A stretch of 64,000 bases of DNA from Welwitschia mirabilis (lineage: Eukaryota): NCBI GenBank assembly GCA_051453625.1, contig JBOZIK010000001.1:2585206-2649205 (forward strand). Reading direction: 5' to 3'. Shown piece by piece: positions 29,510-42,059 of the stretch. Each line of letters opens with the position of its first letter. Within the stretch, counting starts at the first letter, position 1. Position numbers and translations under genes: made by a program. Under the pieces are notes generated by a model that was not told the DNA's origin, did not search any database, and worked only from the letters and a program-made list of their open reading frames with translations.

Positions 29510-31491
29510 ATGAGTAACCCTTCTGATGGTTTTAATGGGTCGAACTATGCATATTGGAAGGCTAGGATAAGAATATTTTTTAGATTCCTAGATGCCGACA
29601 TAGAGGAAGTCATTTACAAAGGTTATACTATGCCTATGATAGTCCAAACTGATGCAAATGGCAACACTATCCTAGTTTCCAAATCTCGAAACTAATGAAT
29701 AGCCACAGACAAGGCAAAAACCACCACTAATGCCTATGCTCTTAATGTAATTTTTTGTGTAGTATGTGCAGATGAATTTAAGTGAATAGTAAACTATAAC
29801 CATGCTAAGAAATATTGGCACATTGTCGAAGTAGCACATGAAGGAATCTCAACTGTTAAACAAGCTAAACTCCAGATGCTCATTTCTAAATTCGAAGATA
29901 TTCATATGGATAAAGAAGAAACTTTGCAGGAACTTTTTTTTAAACTTACAGATATTGTGAACTCAATGGTAAGCCTTGAAGAATGTATGGATGAAAAAAA
30001 ATTAGTAAGGAAAGTTTTAAGATCACTACGTAAGAGATTCAAACCAAAGGTAACAGCCATTAAAGAAAGCAAGAACATTAATGAAAAAGCATTGGAAGAA
30101 ATTCAAGGTAATTTACAAACCTATGAGCTCAAATTTGTTAAAAATAAAAGAAAATGTATTGCTTTAAAATGTGTGTAGGAATACTATAGATCAGACATAT
30201 CATATAAGAAATTTGATGATAATAAAGTGGCTCTTTTAGCCAGAAGATTCAAAAAATTTATTTATAGGAAGAAAAAGGGAAGAGAATTGAGTAGGAATGC
30301 AAAGAAAAATCATTCAAGATAAAGATGGAAGAAATAAAAGGAAAAAAAAAAATCCAATGCTACTCATGCAAAGGATTTGAACATATGGCAAATGAGTGCT
30401 CCAACACAAAGAGAGACAATAAAAAATCAAGGAATCCCTCATTCATGGCTACTTAGAATAATGACAATAATGAGGATGATAAAAACTACTCAGATCATGA
30501 ATCAGACAAAGATAGAAGGTTGTCTTTTATGAATTTTATACTAACTTTCAAGGATGTTCCTAGAACATCAATACCCGATGATTTGGATATGATAAATGAA
30601 GAAGAAAATGAGGTGGAAGACACATGTCTAGAGCTGTACAAGAAGTGTGAAAAGCTAGTCAAAAGAATAAATAAGTTGAACAAAATAGTGAATTCTATTA
30701 CAAAAAAAGGAGGTATTAGAAGAGAAATACAATGTAATCAAGTCTGACAACATCAATCTACTTTCACAAGTAAAATATCTTCCTTTTTTATAAACAAATT
30801 TTTTGGTGGCTCTTCCAAATTAGAACAGATGCTTGGAGTATGAAAACCCACTAGAGATGAACCAAGTATTGGCTTTAGTTCATAGAAATCACAAAAACAG
30901 GTAAACTAGAAGAGGAAATATGTACCTAATCTTTTGTGTAATTTTTGTGGTAAATTTGGACATTCAAAGCCTTTTTGTAAAGTAAGACAATTAATTATTT
31001 TCTCTGAAACTGTAAACACCTTGTCTTTTAAGTTTGTTTCTAAGAACAGTATACCACCTAAGTCAAATAAGACTAAGTAGGTTAAATCTAATAATATTAA
31101 AAGTTTTTTAACACAGATAGCTTTCAGAGGATCATACATAAATAGTTGATACCTAGATAGTAGTTGCTCAAGACATATGTCAGGAGAAAAATCAAGCTTT
31201 CAAAACCTGAAGAGCATAAATGGTGAAGTCATCTTTGAAAATAATTAAATAACAAAAATAAAAGTTACTGGATGTATTAAGGGAGATGTGTTACTTAAAC
31301 TTGATAATGTACTTTATGTTAATGGATTGAAACACAATTTATTAAGTGTGAGTCAACTTTCTGACAAAGGTTATAGAATAATTTTTGAGAAATTAAAGTA
31401 TACTATTATAGATGAGAAAATAAATGCTTCTATTTTTTCTGCAAAATGTATGGATAATATTTATAGATTAGAGATTAAATTTATTAATTAA
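29510..31491 (+). pseudogene. gag plus protease of element B (disrupted)
   Basis: MSNPSDGFNGSNYAYWKAR, VRKVLRSLRKRFKPKVTAIKESK, CCHC motifs at ~30358 and ~30935 (CNFCGKFGHSKPFC), YLDSSCSRHM (~31150), NVLYVNGLKHNLLSVSQLSDKG. Confidence 0.92.
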
Positions 31492-31949
31492 TTATTCCAT
31501 GTAAACCATAATATTAGGCCAAATTTTAATAGAACTAAATGTAATCTAGAAAATTATGATGTTCCACTCCATGTTTATAATCAATTTGATAATCGTGAAA
31601 ATGATCTACGAGTTAAGTCATCATCCCTTAATTGATTATAGGGTGGTCAACCGGATCTATGATTCGGACCCGTTACAGTACTGTAGACTCGTGTCTCGAC
31701 AGCTCGACCAGAATCTTAAGCGATCTATCAGACCTGAAGGATTACGGTATAGAAGTACAATTGGAGGACCCAATTTCTTCCTCCATTTTGCCCTATATTC
31801 CTCAGTCTATAAAAGAGATAGAACTCTAACTTGATTTCATTATATTCTAGCCCTTCCTACCTCTTAGATCTAGTTATTTTCTTTCAAGATCCAGAGATAT
31901 TACTTTCACATCTAGTGATTTTTTCAATCTTTTTATTTGTAAGAGTGTT

Positions 31950-32990
31950 AGAATGACAGCAAGTTCTTCTAGGAGAAGAACAAAGGAGGCTCCTTCAAGG
32001 GATCTAATAATCTTCTACCAAGGAATGTTTGAAGAATACATTGATAATTTCTTTGATAAGTTTGAGAAAAAGGCGGTGTGCTAAGAGCATTTAGTAGCTA
32101 TATCAAAGCCTAGGGAACTCAAGAAAGTAATACAACTCATGAGAGATTAAGATCTTGACCATTTCTTGGATGTTTCTTGTATAGCCTATCCTTTTCTTAC
32201 TAGGATGTTTTACTATAACGCCTCTTTTTGTTATGATTCTAGAACTCTTGAAACCCTTATTTTAGGTAAGAGGATAAGACTGATAAAAAATATTATCTCA
32301 GAGTTGACTAATCTTCCAAGAAGAGACTATGAGGAGTTTTGGCCTCTTAAAGACACCATGAAACACAAGCCTGTAGTTATCAGGGAGCTTTATGGTAGGA
32401 TGCACACTTGTAAGCATACTTTATCTACCTCTTTGTTGACTCCCAAATATCATTTTATTCATTTTGTTTTTACTTATAACTTTTTACTTTTAGTTGGCCA
32501 TTATGATGAGGTCTCCTGCTATCGAGCCTATTTGATGTATTTGGTAGGAACTGAGCATTCCATTAATGCTCTTACCATAATACTGAAGAATATGGCCTCA
32601 TAACTAGAGTACCATATAACTAAGGGTTTATTCTACTCTGTGCTTATCACCAACATTTTTCATCATTTTGAAGTTACTTTTCATCCTAAGTTGGAAACCC
32701 TTCAGCCGATCTCACCCATTAGAAGTGTGATCTTGTCTTGCATGCAAATCTTTGTCCCCTCTAAGAAATCTCTTACTGTCACTTTTAAAGAAGCATCTCC
32801 TGACGAGACTCTTTCATATTTGAGACAGATTAATTCCCATACTAGACACATGAAAGAATCCCTTATTGCAGCTAGATATGATATTGCGGATCCTCAGTAA
32901 AGGCTACTAGCTCAGCCTGCACAAGAGGTGATGAGGAAGAATAAAAGGAAGACTCTGAAGAGGAGGAAGAAGAAGAAGAGGAGGAGTCTG
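31950..32990 (+). pseudogene. env-like extra ORF of element B (disrupted)
   Basis: ORF pieces 32166-32603 and 32640-32900. AYPFLTRMFYYN resembles the YP.LV.EFY.N motif of plant retroelement extra ORFs. Acidic C-terminus; located just 5' of the PPT region. Confidence 0.82.
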
Positions 32991-35528
32991 GTTGAATTAA
33001 TTTTTCTTTAGATTATATTTGATGTTCTCTCCTTTACCTTTGGTGTTAAAAAGGAAAGAATTAATTGTATTTGTCTATTAAATTTTAGTTGTATGCTCTT
33101 AATGAGCACTTTTTTTTGTAATCCTTGTATGTTAGACTTGTAATGTTTTACTCATAATGCAATTTAGTTATCTATTTTAGCATAATCTTTGTGTTATTTG
33201 GTATATCTCATTTGGTATTATGATATCATATGTGCTTATTTTAGAAAGCTTAAAATCATTGTAACATTTGGAAATGAATCAAAATATTTGTATCATCTAA
33301 TTAAATAAGTTTTCTTGATTATATTATGATTATCACTGTGCCTTCTTAATTTCTAAATTATGCATAATTAAATTAGTTGCACTCAAAAGCACAAAATATT
33401 ATTTGTACAAAATACCTTAACTTGTCTCAAACTTGGATTATTTCTTTGGTAGAGAAAATTTGATATTACTGGTCACATATTTAGGGCTTATAATTCTTTG
33501 TCATTGATGTCAAAGGGGAAGAAATGTAGCATTTGCATCAATTAAACATGATTTGTATTTGTTTTACTTTTGTTACTTAATATTACTTACATGGCTGTGT
33601 GAAAGGAGAATATTTTATTAATATGTCTTACTAGAAAAAGAGCTTAAAGATGAAATATTTGTTGATCTTGAAATTACTTATTTATTTGCCATCAATGTCA
33701 AAGGGGAATATTTGGATTATGTTTTACCAATTGATGTCAAACTAATGTCTTGTGTACAACAAACTTTGTGTATTTTGTGCAAAAGAACCTAAGGTTTTTA
33801 CAAGTTGAAAGATGGAACTAAAATATGCCCCAAAAACCTTCTTAATTGTTTCACCCTTTAGAGGAGTCGACCAGATCCTAAAGGAGTCAACTGCACCTGA
33901 AGCTGTTAAAAGAAAATGGACTACATCCATAGGGTTCGATAGGATTTTAATGAGGTTGACTAAACCTATAACTTGGAGAGCCAGAATCCTTGAACTAAAT
34001 GATAAGGGGTCGACTAAATTTTCATGGGATCGACTGGATTTAAGGACCTGACAAATAGTATTCCACTAAGAGAAAAGGGGTCGACTGGATCTAGGATGGA
34101 GTCGATTGGACTGGGATCAATCAGACCCAGATGGGGTCGACTGGACCCAGGATGGAGTCGATCGGACTGGGGTCAATCGGACCCAGATGGGGTCAACTGG
34201 ACATGGAGACATAAAAACATAGGGTAACCAAATCTTTCTTTTAAGCAACCTATGTAATTCATGGCACCACATGGGGTCGACTAGATTTTTATGGGGTCGA
34301 CTGAATAGTGTGGAAAAGAAATTTTTTTAAATGTTATGTATCCATTATCTAGCCATTAGGTAGTCATTTTCTAGCCATTTATAACCATTGGAGGAGCAAT
34401 TCAAATGTACTAAACCCTAATAGCCTTTCATTATAAATAGCTAAGTCATAGATGACCAATCAATCTTTTGGAACTACTCTCATTCAGCTAAATCATTTTA
34501 TATCTAAAAGATCAAAGTTGTGTATTGGCATTGTTATCATTATTGTATCTTGACTTCTACATCTTTGACTAGAGGAGATCTATCACTGGCATACTTGTTT
34601 CATTGAAATCCAGATTTAGAGCTTCATTTAGTATATTTATACAAGAGGAGAGCTCCATCTATTGTACTAAATATAGAATAGTAATATCTGCGCTTTTGAG
34701 GCATCACTACATCACTATTCTATTTGATAAAGGTTAAGACTAAGCCTTGAAAGTTCATGCTATAGGTTGAGATTAAGCCTTGAAAAGTCCATTCTAAAGA
34801 TTGAGACTTAGCCTGGAAAAGTCGATTTGTAAAGGTTACAGGTGAACCTGAAATACTTGGTGGAGTAACAGAGATCCAAGATCTAGCTTGGAAGAAGCTG
34901 ATCATCGAGAGTGAAGTAAGGGAGTTTCCCAAACCACTATAAATCTGGCTTGCATCAAATTGGTAATTTGTGCTTGTAGTTTTTGATTCTTTACTTTCAG
35001 TATTTTATCATATTGTGCACATCCTAGAATAATTTATTTTCGTATGCAAGTTGTGTGTCNNNNNNNNNNNNCCCCTCCTCCCCCCCTCCCCCGAGCAGTT
35101 TTTCTAAGGATCTGGATCCTATCACATAGTACTCGATCCAATTGATCCCTTAATGATTGGTTTAGAAGTATTAGGTGCACACTGCTCAAGTCCAGTCAAC
35201 TCCTCATATGTCTAGTCGATCCCTTAACGATTGGTTGAGAATTACTAATTCTCAAGTTCACAGGTTCAGTCGATTCCTTAAATGCCCAGTTGACCCCTCT
35301 AAATTAAGTTCATTTCTAAGTATTCACTTTAGATGTAGTCGACTCCTTAGAAGTTAGATCGATGCCTTAAGAGGGTAATAAAACTTAACATGTTTCAGGA
35401 TCAAAATGTGACAAACATTGCTTCATCTTCTGACCTACAAGTAATCAGTATTTTCTATATAAGATACAATAAATTTTTCTACACAGAAAACATTAGTTTG
35501 ATATTAATTAGCAAATAATAATTTAATA

Positions 35529-36800
35529 GTATTTATGGGGAAATGCTTCAAGTAATAAAGTTTTTCACAGAGTTGCGTGGAGTGCATGACACCATTCTAA
35601 AAATTTAGGTGATTTGGGGATTTCTTCTTTAGAACATCAAGGTATTTTATTAGCTTCTAAATGGATAATCTAATCCTTAGAAGGGCATGAGGCCTCGAAG
35701 ATTCTATTTAGGCATTATTTTGCTAATATCAATATCTATTCCAACAATTTATGGAAAGGTATTCACTAGAGCAATGCTATTTTTCTTATGGTAACTTCAA
35801 AGGCAAAGGATCCTATGTTTTCTAGGAAATGTTTAAGTCGTGGCATAACTTAAAACTTTTCTTCTCTAGTAACTAGCTAATTTAAATCACAATCAGCTAG
35901 CCACTCATTCTCCTTGGTGGTCTTCGGCCTTTAAAATTGCAGATAACTCTTTGGCTTCTCAATTTCTAGTCAGATTTCGAAGATTAGCTAAAATAGGGCT
36001 TCTCCAGCTAAACCAATTTGTAGTGCAATAAGACAATCATATTAGAATCAATTGGTCTCAACTTAAATCCAAATGAAAGGTTCAAAAGTTGGATCTTCCC
36101 TTTATCAAGTACATAGAAAACGTGGTTTCTAGAATTGAGTGAAATCACAGTAATAAGAACTGGTGGGATGAGTGGCTTTGACTTAATGGTAATCATATTA
36201 CTAAGCTATTTTTTTTTAATGCTCATACATGATTCTAGGACTTTGACGGTCTTATAAAAACATTGAATTCCAAATGGCATCTCGACTAGATGGAAAATAA
36301 ATGGAAAAAAAAAATTTCAAAGAAGTATGGAAGATTAAAGCCCATCCTAAAACTAAAATCTTCTTTTTGTATTTTATTCATCAAGGTCTTCCTATTGGTC
36401 GTCGTCTTTAACTTTTGGGAGTTGCTCATTCTTTGTGCCCTATATGTCAAGCTCCAAAAACCTTCCAACACAATTTCTAGGATTGCCGCATTGCTTGACA
36501 AGTTTGGGATTTGATTATAGATATTGGTGGACTGAGCACTCTTCAGTATCCTAATTCCATTTTGTCGCAAGGCACTCTAGACATCTTCTCTAAGAATAGT
36601 TGGAGCATCCTTGTCCTTGAATGCATTTACTTTATCTAGAAAACTCGGTGCAATGCTTGGTTTAATAAGGATTACCTTCAAGACTCCTCCCTAAATACCA
36701 AATTCTCAATTCTAACAGTTGTTATCCTCCAATATGAAGCTTCCGATTTTCATAAAGATTATAAGTTTCTAAAGTTTTACTTCACCAAAATCACCTAAAA
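35529..36800 (+). pseudogene. L1 LINE ORF2, 3' part (post-RT region plus C-terminal zinc finger)
   Basis: YLWGNASSNKVFHRVAWSA.HHSKNLGDLGI...LLASKW starts directly after the LTR. CPICQ...DC zinc finger at ~36436-36487. Confidence 0.88.
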
Positions 36801-36978
36801 GGCTTGGTGCTTTCTAGTTCGTAGTAATCATCTGTTTCTATGTTTTAGTAACCATTTTGGGGTTGTGGTTACTTTCTATCCTTCTTTAGGCTCTGCTAAG
36901 GTGTACTTTTCTATCAAGCTTTTCTTCATCATTCCCCCTTCCCGCTTCCCCCCTCCCCCATCCCTTTCCCAAACAAAA

Positions 36979-37053
36979 AGGCTCACAATTCTCCTCCCTT
37001 TGTAAACATGGCTTTAAGGCTCACAATTCTCCTCCCTTTGTAAACATGGCTTT
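36979..37053. repeat. 38-bp tandem duplication in the probable LINE 3' UTR
   Basis: GGCTCACAATTCTCCTCCCTTTGTAAACATGGCTTT occurs twice. Confidence 0.9.
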
Positions 37054-37507
37054 TGGGTCGTTTCAGACACGAGAGTTTATGGTCGTGAGTGCTCATAAAA
37101 AACCTTAAAACAAAAGAACCAACATAACTGAAAGGGACATCAATAGTTCAATGCCCACATGTCTCTTTTGAACCGCATACACTAATATGGGAGCTTTTTT
37201 TCCTCTTATCTTCAAAATCCTTCAGAAAGCTTCTCAACTTTATCTCACTGTGCACTTTTCGGACTTGCAGAACACTTTGAGTGGCGGGACTTGTGTTGCG
37301 TGGATATATGAAACCAGCAATTGAAAACCAAAGTGCAGAAAAGCAAGAGAGAAGACGTTTTTTAATTTTATCTGATCATCATTCTACTTTTATTTCTCAG
37401 TTTTCTCTGCATGAAAAGCATTTTAGCTCACTCTAAAGCCTAAATTTTCTCCCTCGTTATTTAGACGTACACCGTCTTCAAGAGCAGATCAATGGCATGT
37501 CGTTTAG

Positions 37508-38008
37508 ATGATGGATGCAGAGGGCACACTAATTCCGTTGATTCGAAGTCACCTGCCGGAAGCAACTTTTTAAATGATCGACAAGGAAAAGAAGAGATTA
37601 GTGTTCCAGATGCGCGTCCTGGAGCCCTTGAAGAACATGACTGGATATACAGATCTGCTCAAGGCTCTGGAACGGTCTTCGTCTGCTTCTGCTAGAGCTA
37701 TTCAGGCGCGTTACCGCTGCCAAACTTGTCATTTTCTGTTTACTTTCAGCGGCAAACGCTATTCTTCCTCCAAAACCAAAATCAAAACCAAAACCAAAAG
37801 TGCAACAGCGACTGTAATCAAAAATCCATCAGAGAAACCACGGACGCCTGTTTGCAGTCAGTTGTCTTCTTTTCCTCCTTTTTCCTCTTCTGCTTTCTCT
37901 CGCAGCAATGTTGTTTACAAGAATTTTGATGATAATGTTCAGTATGAATGTCCGGTTTTCTTCGATTTCTTTAAGATGGAGGAAGAAAAGTTTAAATCTG
38001 TTCCCTAA
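37508..38008 (+). pseudogene. CpG-retaining gene-like reading frame with one internal stop; weak resemblance to an ABCA transporter regulatory domain
   Basis: In frame: MMDAEGTLIPLIRSHLPEATF*MIDKEKKRLVFQMRV...YTDLLKALE. Preceded by a pyrimidine-rich AG at 37464. The resemblance was judged by eye only. Confidence 0.25.
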
Positions 38009-40559
38009 AAAATTGGCTTTTTCTTGTTGGATTTTTCTTGTCACCATTAATTAATAAATTAATATTTTACCGTTATCATGTGCCATGAAATTTCTCCCCT
38101 TTTTTTAAATGAATTATTTTGTTTTGTATTAATGTTTTGTATCTATCGTTAATCAATTGGTGTGTCATTCATGTTCTATATCTTTATATTTGTACTTTAG
38201 TAAATTGAGTCTTCCATTTGAAAAGTAGTGGGTTCAAATGTTTAGTTATTTAGTTGGTATAGATTTTTGCTTGGATTTTCTACATTTAATGACCAAGAAA
38301 CGAAAATACGTCTTGGCCTCTAAACTTTCAAGTCCTTGCTCATTCTATTTTGCGATCACTCAACTAGCATGGATTATCTATGGGAGGATACTCCTCCTTT
38401 AATCACGAGGTACATGAGTTGGGACCTTTGGAATCCTTGCATGGCACATTATGAGGCTTTGATGTAATTAGATTATTCGTTTTACTTCTAAAAAAAAGTT
38501 TGAGGCCTTAAAGTGTAATTAAATTGCTCATGTTGTTATTGTTTTTGGTGAAATTAAAACAATAGCTATACTTTTGAAGGGTATAGTCAAATCACTTCCT
38601 TGCTTATTGGTTTCCTATGTGAAGAAAGTAGCCTTTTTTTTTTTTGGTTAATTTTTGTGAGGATTACTAAGACTTTAAGACACCCAAATTTGCATACCCT
38701 TGATATTCTATTTGTTACAAATAATTTTGGCCAATTTTTTAAGCATTATATTTTACTATGTAATCAATCTTTATTTTTATGGCTGATGTATCATAAAAAA
38801 CCCCTAAATAAGGTAACTTATTATTTTGCAAAAGTTAAAGATATTTGTGAACAATTTTAACTTAATATGATTGATATCCTTTGATGATTTGGAAATTTTT
38901 AGTTAATGAGCCACTTAAGTTAGTCAATTGAAGAGTTAGGAAAATTAATAAACTTACAAGTAATTTTTAAAATCTAAAGTTCTTGGTTATGTTGACATGA
39001 ATTAAATTTTACTTTGGACTTGAATATTAACTTAGGAAATTTATTACAATAGTTGAGCATTAGATTAAAAAATGATTAATAATAAGAAAATAATAATAAT
39101 TGGTATAGAAATTATGTAATTATAAGTATTCTTTTTAATGAATGCGTTCATGATTTCTTTCATATTAATAAACCAAGGGCTAGTAGACGGCTAGATATTG
39201 TTGATGATGTTACTATTTTAACAATTTTACTAGATATTTAAGAATGATTTTAATTTGGTATGATTTTACATTTAGAAGATTCTAGTTAATGATTAATGGA
39301 AGTTAATTAATCAACAAGTAGGGATAGCTGACTAAGTTACAGATAGTTTTGGGGAAAAATGTTGTTGTTAATGCTACTTAACATTTGCTATGCTTTAGTT
39401 ACATCTTAGAACTTAATCTAGGATCTTGTTTAAAAAGTTACCTTAATCTAAATAAATTAATTAAATAATGATATTAATTAACAAAGAAATAATAGAAATA
39501 ATTAAGATAGTAAAGTAATTAATTTTTTAGTTGATAAATAATTCTTAGTTTAATATTATGAAGCTAGAACATAGTAGGTAACTTCATATTGGAAACTTAA
39601 CTTCATTTTTGTCCATTAATATTACTCTGAAATGGGGAGTTCATGAACCCAAGACTAATAGTTGAATCTAAGAGGAAAGGAACCATCAATCATTTATTAT
39701 CTACTTTACTTGAACTTCAAGCTTTATAGGATAGTGTTACATCGAGTTTCTTGTTGACATCTTGGAGCATTCAACTTAATCAAATACNNNNNNNNNNNNN
39801 NNNNNNNNNNNNNNNNNNNNNNNNNNNNNNNNNNNNNNNNNNNNNNNNNNNNNNNNNNNNNNNNNNNNNNNNNNNNNNNNNNNNNNNGACATCTTGGAGC
39901 ATTCAACTTAATCAAATACTTAAAAATATACATAATCTCAAACTGTTCTAATTATGAAGTCATTCAATGATGAGAATCGCATCCAGCTCTCATGAAAACA
40001 CAAGGATTGAGAGAGAGCACTTATATCTACTTGATAAATAGCGGATTATCAAGTGGTGCTACATAGTTTTTGTTAAATTTTTCTTATTATTATTATTTCA
40101 CTAAGTGATTCTAATAAATACATTATCATTATTAAATAATTTATTATTTGCTAAATGTGTGATTTCCCTCTCAAACGTTTGTTGTTCTCTTCTAAGGATT
40201 GCTATAGATCTGTGGACATTTATTTACCATAGATTGCATATTTACTCTAGGGGGATAGATTAATATTTCTTAAATGTGTAGGAAATATATATTATCTAAG
40301 GAATTTGGCCACCTCCTTAGAAATTTTGTAATACCATTTGCCAACCCTCCATCCACATGCATTCGCTTTATGTTAGCTTTCCAAATAAGGCATGCATGTG
40401 CATGACACATTCAATTAGTTAAAGATGCAATATCCTAAGAAGCTTGATTATATTAATTAATAACTTGAGAGATAATTGGTTCCAATTCAAAATTAATAGG
40501 ATTGACATCAGCAAAAACAGTAAGATGATGTATATCTATTAGATTCAAAACAATAAAAA

Positions 40560-41000
40560 TACTGAGCTGATTTCATGCTTCTCTTGCAAGCTCCATTCCC
40601 CTTCACTACCACTTCCATGTTGTCTACAACTCATAAGATCTTTGAAGAATATTGTCTTGTAAGTCTGAACATGGAAACACTTTTTGAATATCCAATACAA
40701 TATATCTAGAAATAGTTGGGATAATACTTGAAAATGAACTTGAAGAAGTCATTATAGTCCAATATAGTTTACCATTGCTTAAGGTCTTTAAGCTTCAAAG
40801 ATTACTTGTCAAATTCCATCTTAAAGTCTTAGAATACAACCTAATTTGGAGAAAAAGTAATAGCCCTCTTATAAGGCCTATCTCCAAATTCTAGAAAAGT
40901 GAGATTCCTTGTGAAATAGATCTTCCTTTAAGAGGTGGAAATCTATGTGTAAGAATATCTGTTATTCTTTCTTTGCCATGCCTATAAAGTGCTAATATGA
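40560..41000 (-). pseudogene. Small L1 post-RT fragment
   Basis: Reverse complement gives TLSNGK-like (LS..GK) and downstream W.GSEG-like remnants. Confidence 0.3.
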
Positions 41001-41714
41001 GAATTCAAAAGAAAACATTTGAAGTCATGAAAGAAGGCAATATGAGTTCCAAGGACAAGAGTTGGTTATTTTTGAGGTAAGAACAAAGGACGTGCATTAT
41101 TAAATTGCTTGAATTTATTAAAAAATTAGCTATTGAAAATGAAAACGAGATCAATCATCTAATTAAGAGCATATGATTTAAATACACTAAAATATATTTC
41201 TTTAAGATATCAATCTACTAAAAGATTTTGAGATGTAGGATTTTCTATTCAAGTTTAAGTTCTTATTTAATTGACATTGCAAAAAATCCTATATGATCTT
41301 TCCATAATGAATTGATCGAGAAAAGAAGCTTTGAAATTGTGCAAACTTCGTATTCTGCAAAGCAAAGTCCTTTAAAACCTTTTCCTATAACTAAAGATAT
41401 TGTACTAATAGAAATTTTAACAAATCATAACCTAATCATATAAATCTTAATAGTCATCTAGATGAAATTTATCATAGAAGTTCATTATCAAAAATCACTA
41501 TATTAGAAAAACAAATGTCATTCTTAGGATATTTTGGCTACAAGCTTATTAAATCATAACCATGTATTACATTAAATTTTAGGTAAATTGATAATTACCA
41601 TATATACAGAGAAAAACAAATGACTTTAAGTTGTTGAATATTGGGTTCAAATGACAATTATATTGCAATTGTTGTTTGCAGAGATTGAAGAACATAACAA
41701 ATGGTCTAATTACA

Positions 41715-41887
41715 CCCAACTAGGCCATTTAAGGATTCAAACCCACAACTTCCTAAATGAAGGATGAATATCTTATTGTATAGAGACATGAGACATGATT
41801 TATAATTGCCACCTAATTAAGGCATTCAAGGATTCAAACCTGCATCTTTCTAAATGAAGGATAAGTGTCTCCTTGTGTAAAGACATA
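41715..41887 (-). repeat. Two tandem ~70-bp tRNA-like (SINE-head-like) repeats
   Basis: Both copies contain AAGGATTCAAACC (rc GGTTTGAATCC, a deaminated B box GGTTCGAATCC) followed by CTAAATGAAGGAT and AGACAT. Confidence 0.5.
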
Positions 41888-42059
41888 ATGTAAAATGCCA
41901 AGTACTAAGATTAGGTAACAATCTTATGTAAACTCATCATAATAACTATAAACTTAATTTCATTATCATTTTGCACTACATTTTTCATAAATCTTCAAAA
42001 AAAAAAAAAAATATTACCATTGATTTTAGGGGAAAAAGCCTAATACGAGAACTAAAAAT

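Larger units (their letters stand above)
28041..35124 (+). mobile_element. Sirevirus element B, non-autonomous (gag-PR plus env-like ORF, no INT/RT/RNaseH)
   Basis: 5' LTR 28041-29443 (TGTTGG...CCTATCA), PBS TGGTATTAGAGC 29446-29457, PPT-like CAAAGGGGAA motifs at ~33511 and ~33699, 3' LTR ~33710-35124. TATAAATAG occurs in both LTRs. Confidence 0.93.
19209..35528 (-). mobile_element. Sirevirus (SIRE) copia element A, full-length and decayed, with env-like ORF; 5' LTR interrupted by element B
   Basis: 3' LTR 19209-20429; 5' LTR 27001-28040 plus 35125-35528. PBS TGGTATCAAAGC (rc 26987-26998). PPT CATCAATGTCAAAGGAGGATA next to the 3' LTR. SIRE-type CCTATTCACCC motif near the LTR end and GTCGAC-like palindromic repeats inside the LTRs. 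Confidence 0.9.

Noticed and set aside
33812..34227. ORFs of 79 and 67 aa
   Set aside because: They lie inside the repeat-rich LTR of element B and are chance open frames.
37492..37695. LEEHDWIY as a phytosulfokine-like motif
   Set aside because: It lacks the YIYTQ peptide and a signal peptide.
37707..37760. Hairpin GCGTTACCGCTG...CAGCGGCAAACGC as a pre-miRNA
   Set aside because: The stem is only ~12 bp and matches no miRNA I recognise.
39756..39919. 32-bp direct repeat GACATCTTGGAGCATTCAACTTAATCAAATAC
   Set aside because: It flanks a 100-N gap exactly, as expected for an unmerged contig overlap.
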